DNA of 63,873 nucleotides, counting the filler, from Lama guanicoe (taxonomy: Eukaryota), in assembly GCA_013239625.1 (NCBI GenBank). It is 81 parts of 77 records of this genome, joined end to end, with 100 filler letters (N's around TTAATTAATTAA, not from the genome) between each part and the next. Parts side by side here need not be neighbours in the genome. Positions count along the whole stretch, not along the records: positions 36,980 to 37,429 come from PNXV01009309.1; positions 37,530 to 38,012 come from PNXV01009314.1; positions 38,113 to 38,839 come from MU054712.1; positions 38,940 to 39,781 come from PNXV01009319.1; positions 39,882 to 40,818 come from PNXV01009324.1; positions 40,919 to 41,784 come from PNXV01009325.1; positions 41,885 to 42,820 come from MU054715.1; positions 42,921 to 43,479 come from PNXV01009330.1; 73 more parts are not named here. One strand, 5' to 3'. Every line of letters starts with the position of its first letter. Position 1 is the stretch's first letter. The notes below the pieces were generated by a model that saw nothing but the letters and a program-made list of their open reading frames with translations, did not search any database and was not told where the DNA came from. The position numbers were made by a program, and so were the translations under genes. This document shows positions 36,880-49,766 of the stretch, piece after piece.

Positions 36880-36979
36880 NNNNNNNNNNNNNNNNNNNNN
36901 NNNNNNNNNNNNNNNNNNNNNNNTTAATTAATTAANNNNNNNNNNNNNNNNNNNNNNNNNNNNNNNNNNNNNNNNNNNN

Positions 36980-38012
36980 TTGCATTCCTATCAACAGTGT
37001 CCATGGTGTTACATTATCGCCACAATCTTACCAACATGTATTTCTTTTCCTTTTGATGAGAACCTTCTGACAAGTGTGAGGTCTTGTCTAATTTTTGGTT
37101 TATGACTTACCTAATAATTTATAACTCTGAATATATTTTCATGTGTCATTTAGCCAACTGGATGTTTTCTACAGATAATTGATTCAGATCTACCTATTCA
37201 ATTCGTATGGACACTTTTTTTAATTGGATTGTTTGCCCTATTTTGTTGTTGTTGTCGGGTAAGAGTTTGCCATTTATTTGGATATTAAGGATTGTTTGTT
37301 TTGTTGTTGTTTTGTTGTCGGAGTTTGCCATTTATTTGGATATTAACACTTGATTGGAAAATATCACTTGAAAATATATCCTCCCAGTGAGTTGATTGAC
37401 TTTTAATTTTATTGATCATTTCTTCTGCANNNNNNNNNNNNNNNNNNNNNNNNNNNNNNNNNNNNNNNNNNNNTTAATTAATTAANNNNNNNNNNNNNNN
37501 NNNNNNNNNNNNNNNNNNNNNNNNNNNNNTTGTGTGAAGTCAGTACTGCTTGTCCTGCTTTCTTGTCTTGTGCATTTGCATGGAATACATTTTTTCATCT
37601 TCTTACTTTGAATTGATGTGCGTTACTCTTTCTAAATTGGGTCTCTTGTATGCTTCATAATGTAGGGTCTTGTTATATTATCCCATCTGACAATATAAAT
37701 CTTTTGATTGAAGCACTAATTCCATTAACATTTGAACTAATTATTGATAAACTGGTGTTTATTTCCATTTTGAACTTCATTTTCCAATTAATTTGGTATT
37801 TCCTTTATGTTCATTTCTTTATCTATTTGTGGCTTTATAAGTTTGCTTTTATTATTTTGGTTTTTTTCTGGGTTTGTGACCTCATTGTTAGATTTTGATA
37901 TGTGGTTACCCAGTTTTGTATTTATATTGAACCATTACTATATATGTTTATTTTAACTGAAATGAATACAAAGTCAAACTCATAATACAGAGAATAGAAA
38001 CAAGAATAAAAT
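36980..38012 (-). mobile_element. Old LINE-1 fragments in two scaffolds (3' ORF2 at 36980-37429; endonuclease region at 37530-37790)
   Basis: cattcctatcaacagtgt...ttctgacaagtgtgagg and catttgcatggaatacattttttcatc...gggtctcttgtatgc antisense motifs. Confidence 0.75.
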
Positions 38013-38112
38013 NNNNNNNNNNNNNNNNNNNNNNNNNNNNNNNNNNNNNNNNNNNNTTAATTAATTAANNNNNNNNNNNNNNNNNNNNNNNNNNNNNNNN
38101 NNNNNNNNNNNN

Positions 38113-39781
38113 TATAGAAATAAGAAAACAGAATTCAGAACCGAGAATTTAGAAAACGGAAAGCAGAGCACGGAATTTAAAATATAGGATACAGAATACA
38201 GGCTATAGAATTTAGAATATAGAATGCAGAACACAGAATTTAGAATATATAAAACAGAACTGAATATAGAATTTAGAATATAGAATGTATAACACAGAAT
38301 ATAGAATATAGAATACGGAANNNNNNNNNNNNNNNNNNNNNNNNNNNNNNNNNNNNNNNNNNNNNNNNNNNNNNNNNNNNNNNNNNNNNNNNNNNNNNNN
38401 NNNNNNNNGGAATGCAGAACACAGAACTTAGAATATATAATACAGAATAGTGAATATAGAAATTAGATAAAGCATGTAGAACACAGAATTTAGAATATAG
38501 AATACAGAATACTGAATAAAGTATTTAGAACATGGAATGCAGAACACAGAACTTAGAATATATAATACAGAATAGTGAATATAGAAATTAGATAAAGCAT
38601 GTAGAACACAGAATTTAGAATATGGAAAACAGAATACAAAGCCCAGAATTGAGGACATGGAATGCAGAACACAGAACTTAGAATATATAATACAGAATAG
38701 TGAATATAGAAATTAGATAAAGCATGTAGAACACAGAATTTAGAATATGGAAAACAGAATACAAATCCCAGAATTTAGGACATGGAATGTCGAACACAGA
38801 ATCTAGAATATAGAATACAGAAAATTGAATATAGAATTTNNNNNNNNNNNNNNNNNNNNNNNNNNNNNNNNNNNNNNNNNNNNTTAATTAATTAANNNNN
38901 NNNNNNNNNNNNNNNNNNNNNNNNNNNNNNNNNNNNNNNATATTCTATATTCTGTGTTCAACATTCTATATTCTGTACTCTTTATTCTTTATTCTATATT
39001 GTGTGCTCTACATTCTATATTCTTAAGCTATATACAGTATTCTCTATTCTATACTCTAAATTCTTTGTACTGCATTCCATGTTCTAAATTCTGTGTTTTA
39101 TTTTCTCTATTCTATATTCTGTATTCTGTGTTCCGCATTCTATGTTCTAAATTCTATATTCAGTATTCTGTATTCTACATTCTGAATAATTTATGTTCTA
39201 TATTCTGGCTTCTGTATTCTCTTTTCCATATTCTATATTCTGTTTTCTACATTCAATATTCTTTATTCTATATTCTGCATTCTGTATTGTATATTCTTTA
39301 TTCTGTGTTCTATATTCTATATTCTAAATCATTTATTCAGTAATCAGTATTGTATATTCTATACTCTGTGTTCTAAATTTTATATTCTAAATTCTATATT
39401 CAGTATTCTTTATTCTGTACTCTAATTTGTGTCTTCTGCATTCCGTGCTCTAAATTCTGGGTTCTATATTCTCTATTCTATATTCTACATTCTGAGTTCT
39501 ACATTCTATATTCTAAATTCAATATTCTGCATTCCGTACTCTATATTCTATTTTCTGTGTTATACATTCTATTCTGTAAATTCTATATTCAGTATTCTTT
39601 ATTCTGTACTCTAATTTGTGTCTTCTGCATTCCGTGCTCTAAATTCTGGGTTCTATATTCTCTATTCTATATTCTACATTCTGAGTTCTACATTCTTTAT
39701 TCAAAATTCTATATTCACTATTCAGTATTCTGTATTCTAAATTCTGTGTTCTGCATTCACGTTCAAATTTATAGGTTCTAT
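38113..39781. repeat. Heptameric satellite, two scaffolds (38113-38839 plus, 38940-39781 minus)
   Basis: Internal repeats of 125 bp (38409, 38534, 38659) and 189 bp (39422, 39611). Confidence 0.95.
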
Positions 39782-39881
39782 NNNNNNNNNNNNNNNNNNN
39801 NNNNNNNNNNNNNNNNNNNNNNNNNTTAATTAATTAANNNNNNNNNNNNNNNNNNNNNNNNNNNNNNNNNNNNNNNNNNNN

Positions 39882-40818
39882 AGACAAGTCTCTGTATGAT
39901 TGCAGTTACATGTGCCCCCAGCAATGTAAAAGGTCAGCACAAAGTTGATGCTCTTTTCTTATGCTTTACTAGCCCAACCCTATGGGCCAATGACTGGCCA
40001 CATTTAACAACCATGGTTCGTAAATGGATTCCACAGATTGGCGTCATTTCACAGAGGAAAGAAGAACAAAAATTTAAGAACTGAAAAAGAAAAAAAATCT
40101 CTTGTGCCTGAGCATCCTGAACTACCGCATCATCCCCTTATTCAAATTAAATGTCAGGATCCAAAAGCTAATAAAAAGTCAGTTAGTCTTTTTCCTGACT
40201 CTTCCAAGAATCTACACATTTCTTTGAGCTCTGTCTGCTCTGCACCTGTCAAGTGAATTATTAAATTTATGAGGGTGAAGCTAAGCCAGAGCTACTGATC
40301 AGTGAAATTGGTTGCAACTGGGCGGAAGAGCTGCACTGCTGAGAACTCCAGCAAATGGCAACACCACTCAAAGCATGCAGGATACTGCTGTGCAAATATT
40401 ACTAAGTCACATGCACTTGGATGCCTGGATTCTAGCGGCTCAGGGGAGAGGTTATTTTATGAGCCTTGCAAACTTATGTACAATGCTGGGCCAGTTGCTC
40501 CTCAAAGTAATAAGATTAGAGTTTAGGAGAAATTTGGCTTGGCCCTGAAACTGGCCTTTGTTTATCAAGATGCTGTTAAATCAAAAACTACTTTTTAGAG
40601 AACCCCTTGTTAAAACAGCTTATCCCAACTGTAAACTTGTCTTTTGAGCTCTGACAAGAACTGGGGTCTTTACCTGTTGGGGTAACTTTGTTACAGAAAC
40701 CACATGACAGCCAAGAAACAAGCACCACTCAGAGGGTTGGAGTGTTCAGATGTATTATGACCGTGGGCTAGAGGGGCTTCTGCTCTGAAGCTCTAAGCAC
40801 CTCCAAGACATGTGCACA
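39882..40818. mobile_element. Possible degraded ERV internal sequence plus LTR fragment
   Basis: LTR-like terminus from ~40690 (tgttacagaaacc...cagatgtattatgac); no intact gag or pol motif seen. Confidence 0.3.
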
Positions 40819-41076
40819 NNNNNNNNNNNNNNNNNNNNNNNNNNNNNNNNNNNNNNNNNNNNTTAATTAATTAANNNNNNNNNNNNNNNNNNNNNNNNNN
40901 NNNNNNNNNNNNNNNNNNGATACTGGACAAAATCCGGCAAGTCTCCACAAGACGGGGAATTCGAGCCGGGTCCAGAGTCTGGGTCAGGGGTGAGAGCAGC
41001 TCTGCCTCACTGTCCACTCTGGTTACTTGTCGTCTCTCTTCCCAGACTGCCTCCTGGAATCCAAGTATTCTTCCTT

Positions 41077-41467
41077 TTTTTAATTTTTAATTTTTTTTTA
41101 CCTTTTTTATTTATTGAGTAATAGTCATTTTACAATTTTGTGTCAAATTCTGGTGTAGAGCACACTTTTTCAGTTATATGTGAACATATATATATTCATT
41201 GTCCCTTTTTTTTTCTGTGAGCTACCACAAGATCTTGTATATATTTCCCTGTGCTATACAGTGTAATCTTGTTTATCTACTCTGCATTTTAAAATCCCAG
41301 TCAATCCCTTCCCATCCCCCACCCCCTTGGCAACCACAAGTTTGTATTCTATGTCTGTGAGTCTGTTTCTGTTTTGTATTTATTTATTTTTTTTTTAAGA
41401 TTCCACATATGAGTGATCTGATATGGTATTTTTCTTTCCCTTTCTGGCTGACTTCACTTAGAGTGAC
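41077..41467 (-). mobile_element. 5'-truncated LINE-1 insertion with 16-bp TSD
   Basis: T-rich tail then L1 3' UTR (ccccttggcaaccacaagtttgtattct...gattccacatatgagtgat...ctggctgacttcacttag). TSD ccaagtattcttcctt (41061-41076) / ccaagtattcctcctt (41468-41483). Confidence 0.9.
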
Positions 41468-41884
41468 CCAAGTATTCCTCCTTGATTCATGAGAACAGGT
41501 CAGTCTCCAAACCTGCACAACCACTCATAGTAAGGTTCAATCCCATCAAGTCAAAGGAAGTCTAGTTGCTAAGACTCATCACTCTCAGAAACCAGGCAGA
41601 ATGAGGACTGAGTATTCTCTGCTGTGCGGCTGATGCTCTAGCAGGAGGTCCTACAGCTCTGGCTCAGGACACACCAGAGGCACCAGAGAGAGAGCGGACA
41701 GTTCCAGGAGAGGCATCAGGAAGGACTGCCTGCACGAGACAGCGCTGGGGCTGAAGGTCACAGTGCAACCTTGAATAGACGTTCNNNNNNNNNNNNNNNN
41801 NNNNNNNNNNNNNNNNNNNNNNNNNNNNTTAATTAATTAANNNNNNNNNNNNNNNNNNNNNNNNNNNNNNNNNNNNNNNNNNNN

Positions 41885-42820
41885 TTCTAAATTCTATATA
41901 CATGTTTCTGTATTCTATATTCTAAATTATGAGTTCTGAATTCAATGTTCTATATTCTGGCTTCTATATTCTCTAATCTATATTCTATATTTTGTGTTCT
42001 TCATTCTGTATTCTAAAATCAATATTCTGCATTCCGTATTCCTTATTCTATATTCTGTGTTTTACATTCTAATTTCTAAATTCNNNNNNNNNNNNNNNNN
42101 NNNNNNNNNNNNNNNNNNNNNNNNNNNNNNNNNNNNNNNNNNNNNNNNNNNNNNNNNNNNNNNNNNNNNNNNNNNNNGTGTTCTACAATCTATATTCGAA
42201 ATTCTATATTCATTATACTTTATTCTATATTCTAAATTCTTTGTCCTGCATTCCATGTTCTAAATAATTTATTCAGTATATTGTATTCTATATTCTAAAT
42301 TCTGTGTTCCGCATTCAAATTCTTAATTCTATACTCAGTATTCTGTATTCTATATTCTATTTTCTGTGTTCGGCATTTCATGTTCTAAATTGTGGATTCT
42401 GTATTCTGTTTTCCATATTCTATATTCTGTGTTCTACATTCTATATTCTGTATACTATATTCCATATTCTGTGTTCTACATTCTATATTCTAAATCTATA
42501 TACAGTATTCTCTTTTCTATACTCTAAATTCTGTGTTCTGCATTACATGTTCTAAATTCTGGTTTCTATTTCCTCTATTCTATATTCTATATTCTGTGTT
42601 CTACATTCTATATTCGAAATTCTATATTAATTATTCTGTATCCTATATTCTAAATTCTGTGTTCTGCATTCCATGTTCTAAATAATATATACAGAATATT
42701 GTATTCTTTATTCTAAAATCTGTGTTCCGCATTCTATGTTCTATATGCTATATTCAGTATTCTGCATTCTTTATTCTGAATTCTGTGTTCTGCATTCCAT
42801 GTTCTGAATTCTGGCTTCTG
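41885..42820 (-). repeat. Heptameric satellite
   Basis: ATATTCT-type 7-bp periodicity. Confidence 0.95.
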
Positions 42821-42920
42821 NNNNNNNNNNNNNNNNNNNNNNNNNNNNNNNNNNNNNNNNNNNNTTAATTAATTAANNNNNNNNNNNNNNNNNNNNNNNN
42901 NNNNNNNNNNNNNNNNNNNN

Positions 42921-43479
42921 AAACATTCACTAAGGAAGTTAAAGATGACTTAAAGAAATGGAAAGATATTCCATGTTCTTGAATTGGAAGAATTAATATT
43001 GTCAAAATGGCCATACTACCCAAAGCAATCTACAGATTTAATGCGATCCCTATCAAGTTGTCCAGGACACTTTTCACAGAACTAGAACAAATAATCATAA
43101 AATTTATATGGAATCACAAAAGACCCAGAATTGCCAAAGCATTACTGAATTACTGCAGAAAAAAATGAAACTGGAAGAATAAACCTCCCAGACTTCAGAC
43201 AATACTACAGAGCTACAGTAATCAAAACAGTATGGTATTGGTACAAAAACAGACATCTGGATCAATGGAACAGAATAGAGAGCCCAGAAATGAACCGACA
43301 ACTTTTGGCCAATTAATCTTTGACAAAGGAGGCAAGAACATACAATGGAGTAAAGACAGTCTCTTCAGTAAATGGTATTGGGATAACTGGACAGCTGCAT
43401 GTAAATCAATGAAGTTGGAACACTGCCCCACACCATGCACTAAAATAAACTCAAAATGGCTTAAAGACTTAAACATAAG
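42921..43479 (+). mobile_element. LINE-1 ORF2 fragment (post-RT), frameshifted
   Basis: [33 protein letters not shown]... and ...[39 protein letters not shown]. Confidence 0.93.
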
Positions 43480-44089
43480 NNNNNNNNNNNNNNNNNNNNN
43501 NNNNNNNNNNNNNNNNNNNNNNNTTAATTAATTAANNNNNNNNNNNNNNNNNNNNNNNNNNNNNNNNNNNNNNNNNNNNTTTAAATTCCAAGTATACTTA
43601 ATTGAAATTCTGAAAAGAGAACTGTGGTTGTACCGAAAGGTCCCTACATCCCTTCCCCTTTTTTCCTGAGAGTAAAAACTGCTGACAATGTGGAGTATAT
43701 ATTTCATGACCTTTATGCCTAAGTCATATATATATACACATACATACAGACACGTATATGAGAAATCTATGTATATGTGTGTGTGTATATACTTTATTGA
43801 AAAATAAAGCCATACTATATGTTTTCTGCAGCTCGGTTTATTCTCTCAGGTGTATATCATAAACGTCCTCCCACTCCAGACTCACCCAGTCCTTTCAGAT
43901 AGAGGGGTCTCCTGATGTGCAGGTTTGCTCTCTTGTGCAGGGACAACTTTGGTGGGAGAGTGCTGTGGACAAGGCCTTGGGCCACGCTGNNNNNNNNNNN
44001 NNNNNNNNNNNNNNNNNNNNNNNNNNNNNNNNNTTAATTAATTAANNNNNNNNNNNNNNNNNNNNNNNNNNNNNNNNNNNNNNNNNNNN

Positions 44090-44510
44090 TGTTCCGTACA
44101 AGCTAAGTGATTGATGGTATTCGCTAGCATTAAACTCAGAAAAGAGCATGTGGACAGGTTTTCGTTTGTCTAGCATAAAGGGAATGGGTTGCAGTAGAAA
44201 TAATTACTCTTGTTTCTTAGTATGTTTCCTAGTGTCGGTAAATTTGCTGCAGGTTTCACGGTAAAACAGTGTTGGAGCTAGTACCTCTCCATATATATGA
44301 ATGTATTGTAGTTTCCCACTCAAAAGAATATGTTTGTCTCCAACAAGCTAGGTGATTGTCGGCTTTCACACACACTTAACTCTCAGAATTTAGCATGTGG
44401 AGTCTGGTTCCTTCATCTAGCATAAAGGGAATGATTTGCAGTAGAAATTTACTCTTTTTTTTCAGTATGTTTCCTATTTCGGGTTTGAAGTTCATGCAGT
44501 TTTCACTGTA
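44090..44510 (-). repeat. ~247-bp satellite, diverged relative of 55628-56583
   Basis: tctagcataaagggaatg at 44169 and 44416; tgtttcctagtgtcgg and gttggagctagtacc are reverse complements of family C motifs. Confidence 0.85.
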
Positions 44511-44610
44511 NNNNNNNNNNNNNNNNNNNNNNNNNNNNNNNNNNNNNNNNNNNNTTAATTAATTAANNNNNNNNNNNNNNNNNNNNNNNNNNNNNNNNNN
44601 NNNNNNNNNN

Positions 44611-45270
44611 ATATAGAATTTAGAATATAGAATGTAGAACACAGAATTTAGAGTATAGAGTACAGAATACTGAATATAGTATTTTGAATATAGAATGTAG
44701 AACACAGAATATAGAATATAGAAAACGGAATGCAGAATATAGAATATAGAATATAGAATAATGAGCACAAAATGTAAAATAGAGAATATAGAACACAGAA
44801 TTTAGAACATGGAATGCAGAACACAGAATTTAGTATATAGAATACCGAATACTGAAGATAGGATATGAATATACAATGTAGAACACAAAATATAGAATAT
44901 AGAATACGGAATGCAGAATATAGAATACATAATATAGAATGTAGAACACAGACTATAGAATATGAAAAACAATACAGAATATATAGAACATGGAAAGCAG
45001 AACACAGAATATAGAATATAGAATACAGAATATTGAATAAAGAATTTAGAATATACAATATACAACTCAGAATATAGAATATAGATTATAGAATATAGAA
45101 CCCAGAATTTAGAACATTGAATGCAGAACACAATGCAAGAATATAGAATACAGAATACTGAATATAGAATTTAGAATTTAGAATGTAGAACACAGAGTAT
45201 AGAATATACAATACGGAATTAAGAATATTGAGTACAGAATATAGAATGTAGAACACAGAATATAGAATAT
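44611..45270 (+). repeat. Heptameric satellite
   Basis: 7-bp periodicity. Confidence 0.95.
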
Positions 45271-45424
45271 NNNNNNNNNNNNNNNNNNNNNNNNNNNNNN
45301 NNNNNNNNNNNNNNTTAATTAATTAANNNNNNNNNNNNNNNNNNNNNNNNNNNNNNNNNNNNNNNNNNNNGTTCTGGCTGCCAGAGAATTCTAGGGATCT
45401 GCGCTCTATTTCCCAGGATCATCA

Positions 45425-45874
45425 ATGCTGCCGACCATTGATGGAACCGCTCGACTCTCCGGTTTTCTGAAGAATGGTCACGGTGTGGGGGAGTTCGAGA
45501 GACAACTCCATGCAGATCTCTTCAGTCACAGGTGTTCCCGGTTCAGGGGAAGTCGGAGAAATATCTTCCCTGACCTTTGGGAGGCAACCTCTGCCTCTGG
45601 GATTTCCTGTAAAGCAACCTAGCGTTCCCTGGCACAGAGACATTAGGAAAAACCTCAGGGGTGATGAGCTTTGGCATTCCCTTTGAACGCACGCGCTGCA
45701 GACCATTGGTGGAACCTCCCGACGCTCAGGATTCCGGAACCATAATCAGTGCGTGGGGGAGTTTGTGAGACAACTTCACGCAGCTCTGTTCAGTCACAGG
45801 TGTTCCCTCTTAGGGGGAAGTCCGTGGAATATCTTCCCTGAAGTTGGGTAGGCAGCCTCTATCACTGGGAATTC
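45425..45874 (+). repeat. Satellite family A, diverged monomers
   Basis: ttcagtcacaggtgttccc and cgctcaggattccggaacc motifs, ~267-bp period. Confidence 0.9.
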
Positions 45875-46039
45875 NNNNNNNNNNNNNNNNNNNNNNNNNN
45901 NNNNNNNNNNNNNNNNNNTTAATTAATTAANNNNNNNNNNNNNNNNNNNNNNNNNNNNNNNNNNNNNNNNNNNNCCTACCATGAAAACTGCCATGACACT
46001 TGCTGACAGCACCGCTTGGGTGGTAATGTCTTTTAATGT

Positions 46040-46680
46040 ATGAGGTTTAATTTATAGACAGTAAAATGCACGAATCTTAAGTTCACAGTTTGACAGATGT
46101 TGACATCAAGATACAGATCACTTTCATCCCCTACTATAGGTCCCTCACCCCCTTTTCTATCAACCCCACCCCCTTTCCCAGGCAATCACTATTCAGATTC
46201 TGTTACATTGATTAGTATTGCCTGAGTTTTAACTTCATATCAATGGAATCATACACCATAGGTTAATGTCATACCTGCATCATGGATCTTTCGTGCCTGG
46301 CTCTGGCTTATTTTGCTCAACATGATGTTTCTGACATTTAGTCATACGTTTACACTCATCGATTCTTGATTTTTTTGTTAATAGATAAATGGTCTTCCAG
46401 TCCATGAATGTACTATAGTGTATCATCCATCACTTCTGCTATTGATGGATATTTGGGCTGTTTTCAGTTTGGGACCATTATGAACAAAATTGGTTTGAAA
46501 ACCCAATTTACAGGACACAGTTCTCTTGGGAATATACCTAAAAATGGAACTGCTGTGTTACAGAGTAGGTGTTTGTTTAACTTAATTACCAATTGCAACA
46601 TCAGCACGTTAAGGGCAGTTGTTAAAATATTTCATGTCCACTGTGGACAGGCAGTAAGAGTTCAAACCCCTATAACACCA
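46040..46680 (-). mobile_element. Ancient L1ME-type 3' end
   Basis: cagtaaaatgcacgaatcttaag, ccaggcaatcactatt, ttcatatcaatggaatcatac and gatggatatttgggctgttttcagtttggg motifs. Confidence 0.75.
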
Positions 46681-46868
46681 CGGAGTCAACAAGTTGGCTG
46701 TTATTTCTGAATTTTTAAAATCGTGTGTTTTATTCATTTATTTTTGATAAACATTTAACAGAGAAAGANNNNNNNNNNNNNNNNNNNNNNNNNNNNNNNN
46801 NNNNNNNNNNNNTTAATTAATTAANNNNNNNNNNNNNNNNNNNNNNNNNNNNNNNNNNNNNNNNNNNN

Positions 46869-47575
46869 TGTAGAACACAGAATATAAAATATGGAAAACA
46901 GAATTTAGAACCCAGAAGAGAGAACTTGTAATGCAGAAAACCGAATTTAGTATATAGAATACAGAATGCTGAACATAGGATTAAGACTATAGAATGTAGA
47001 ACACAGGATATAGAATAAAGAATTGTGGATATAGAACCCAGAATTTTGAACATGTAATGCAGAACACAGAATATAGAATATAGAATANNNNNNNNNNNNN
47101 NNNNNNNNNNNNNNNNNNNNNNNNNNNNNNNNNNNNNNNNNNNNNNNNNNNNNNNNNNNNNNNNNNNNNNNNNNNNNNNNNNNNNNNNNNNNNNNNNNNN
47201 NNNNNNNNNNNNNNNNNNNNNNNNNNNNNNNNNNNNNNNNNNNNNNNNNNNNNNNNNNNNNNNNNNNNNNNNNNNNNNNNNNNNNNNNNNNNNAATACTG
47301 AATAAAGAGTTTAGAATAAAGAATGTAAAACACAGAATATAAAATATAGAATATAGAATATAGAACCCAGAATTTAGAACATGGAAAGCAGAACACAGAA
47401 TTAAAATATAGAATACATAATACTGAATATAAAATTTAAGATATAGAATGTAGAACACAAAATTTAGAATATAGAATACAGAATGATATATATAGAATTT
47501 AGAATATAGAATGAAGAACTCAGAAAATAGAAAATAAAAAAGAGAATATAGAACCCAGAATTTAGAACATGGATT
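46869..47575 (+). repeat. Heptameric satellite
   Basis: 7-bp periodicity. Confidence 0.95.
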
Positions 47576-47981
47576 NNNNNNNNNNNNNNNNNNNNNNNNN
47601 NNNNNNNNNNNNNNNNNNNTTAATTAATTAANNNNNNNNNNNNNNNNNNNNNNNNNNNNNNNNNNNNNNNNNNNNGTGATTTTTCAATCTCAGTATCTGA
47701 AAAAATTTCCTGCAGCCGAAAAAGTGTTCTCCAGAGATCAATGCCCATATGCTGGTTCCTGGAGAGAGTCCATGGCAAGGGGGACCCTCACCAACACTCA
47801 CGGGGCTTCAGACATGTTGCAGGGTCGGCCACCCCCAACAAGAGTTTGCTGTGACCCTAATGCCCACACAGCATCCCTGCTCACAAAAATATTGTTGGCC
47901 CACTCATCTGTTATTAAGAAGCAAAAATACAAAATTGCTCCTGTTTCTTACTAAAATTATCTATGAAGCTGAAAAGGGAAT

Positions 47982-48449
47982 TGAAATAAAAAAGAAAAAT
48001 TTTGACCCTATGTTAGATCTGTTCCTTTGGCTTTAAACCTGGGCCCTGTTTTCTAGGCTCAGATTTGGTAGCTCTGCACTATTTGTAAAAGAAAGTTGCC
48101 TTTAGCCTGGAATCTACAGGAAAGCCTATTCTCCTGGCCCTGATCTTTAAAAATGTTAGCTCATCTGCACTTCTGTAACGATGGCAAGTTGCAAAACAGA
48201 GAATAACCTTTGTTTTTTTGGAGGATTTATAAACCATGATTTGATCCACATGGACAGCTGCAAGAACAGCGGATTCAAAGGACAAACAATTCATACAGCA
48301 AGAAGTATTCAACAACCAACCACAACCCCGCCCCTTTTTAGTATAAAAGGAGAATGAAATCTGACTTGGGAAATTTGGTTCTCCAGGATATCATTCTGCT
48401 ATCTTCTGGGTCTGCCAGAGTTTTAAATAAAGTCACTATTCCTTGCTCC
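47982..48449 (+). mobile_element. ERV1-class LTR with TATA box and poly(A) signal
   Basis: TG start, GTATAAAAG at 48341 and AATAAAG at ~48426. The 5' portion resembles 24001-24050 (aaatctgactccatatttgatctgttcctttg). Confidence 0.65.
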
Positions 48450-48549
48450 NNNNNNNNNNNNNNNNNNNNNNNNNNNNNNNNNNNNNNNNNNNNTTAATTA
48501 ATTAANNNNNNNNNNNNNNNNNNNNNNNNNNNNNNNNNNNNNNNNNNNN

Positions 48550-49515
48550 GGTGGAGAAGGAGGAAGATGTGGAGGAGGATATGGAGCAGGAGGACGTGAA
48601 GGAGGAGGAGGTGGATGATGAGGAGGAGGTGGTGGAGGACGTGGTGCAGGAGGAGGAGTTGGAGGAGGAGGAGGAGGTGGTGAAGGAAGAGGAGGTGGTG
48701 GAGGAGGAGGATGTGGAGAGAGAAGGTGGTGGAGGAGGAGGATGTGGCGGAGGAGGATGTCTAGGATGTGGACGAGGAGGATGTGGAGGATGTGGAGGAG
48801 GAGGATTTGGTTGAGGAGTACGTGGATGAGAAGGCAGAGGTGCCAAGGGAGGAGAAAATGTAAAGGAGGAGGTGGAGGAGGAATAGGAGGTGGAGGAGGA
48901 GGTGGAGTAGGAGGTGGAAGAGGAGGTGNNNNNNNNNNNNNNNNNNNNNNNNNNNNNNNNNNNNNNNNNNNNNNNNNNNNNNNNNNNNNNNNNNNNNNNN
49001 NNNNNNNNNNNNNNNNNNNNNNNNNNNNNNNNNNNNNNNNNNNNNNNNNNNNNNNNNNNNNNNNNNNNNNNNNNNNNNNNNNNNNNNNNNNNNNNNNNNN
49101 NNNNNNNNNNNNNNNNNNNNNNNNNNNNNNNNNNNNNNNNNNNNNNNNNNNNNNNNNNNNNNNNNNNNNNNNNNNNNNNNNAGGAGGAGAAGGAGGTGGA
49201 GAAGGAGGATTAGTCATACCAATCATGATTGGGGGCTTCGGAAATTCACTGGTTCCTTTAATGATTGTCTCCCCAGACATGGCATTTCCCCATAGAAAAA
49301 AATGAGCTTCTGGCTGCTTCCCCCCTCATTCCTACTACTTATAGCATCATCCATAATTGAAGCCGGGGCAGGCACTGGTTGAACTGTTTACCCTCCCCTA
49401 GGAGGGTAGGAGGAGGCGGAGGAGGAGGAGGTGGAGGAGGTGGAGTTGGATGAGGAGGTTAAGGTAGAGGAGGAGGTGGAGGAGGAGGTGGTGGAGGAGG
49501 AGGAGGTGGAGGAGG
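48550..49515 (+). repeat. Degenerate (GGA/GGT)n triplet array interrupted by a NUMT
   Basis: GAG/GTG/GAT triplets on both sides of 49211-49401. Confidence 0.95.
49211..49401 (+). pseudogene. COX1: NUMT: fragment of mitochondrial cytochrome c oxidase subunit I
   Basis: The vertebrate mitochondrial code gives [27 protein letters not shown][1-bp deletion][35 protein letters not shown], the conserved COX1 barcode segment. It includes an in-frame TGA=Trp, a frameshift, and changes at conserved residues (W>S, GA>VS, R>H). Confidence 0.97.
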
Positions 49516-49655
49516 NNNNNNNNNNNNNNNNNNNNNNNNNNNNNNNNNNNNNNNNNNNNTTAATTAATTAANNNNNNNNNNNNNNNNNNNNNNNNNNNNN
49601 NNNNNNNNNNNNNNNATAAAAGTAATTTTCCTCCATAAGAGTTTCTTTTCTTTAG

Positions 49656-49766
49656 TTTGCTTCAGGGTATTTGATGTTGACGGTGATGGAGTTCTCTCTA
49701 GGGTTGAACTGAGAGACACGTGGTTGCACAGAGGTCTGGAAGGACAACTGCACCGATGATACCCTG
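49656..49766 (+). pseudogene. USP32: Frameshifted EF-hand exon of a USP32-derived unprocessed copy
   Basis: tttcttttctttag acceptor; FCFRVFDVDGDGVLSRVELRD, two small deletions, then EVWKDNCTDDTL; GTAAAG donor. Matches USP32 FCFKVFDVDRDGVLSRVELRDMVVALLEVWKDNRTDDIP as recalled. Confidence 0.85.

Noticed and set aside
38954..39829. Hydrophobic 'FYILYS'-rich ORFs resembling membrane proteins (many copies in the window)
   Set aside because: Translations of the heptamer satellite.
49211..49401. Genuine mitochondrial contig or functional COX1
   Set aside because: Short, frameshifted, mutated at conserved residues and flanked by nuclear repeat.
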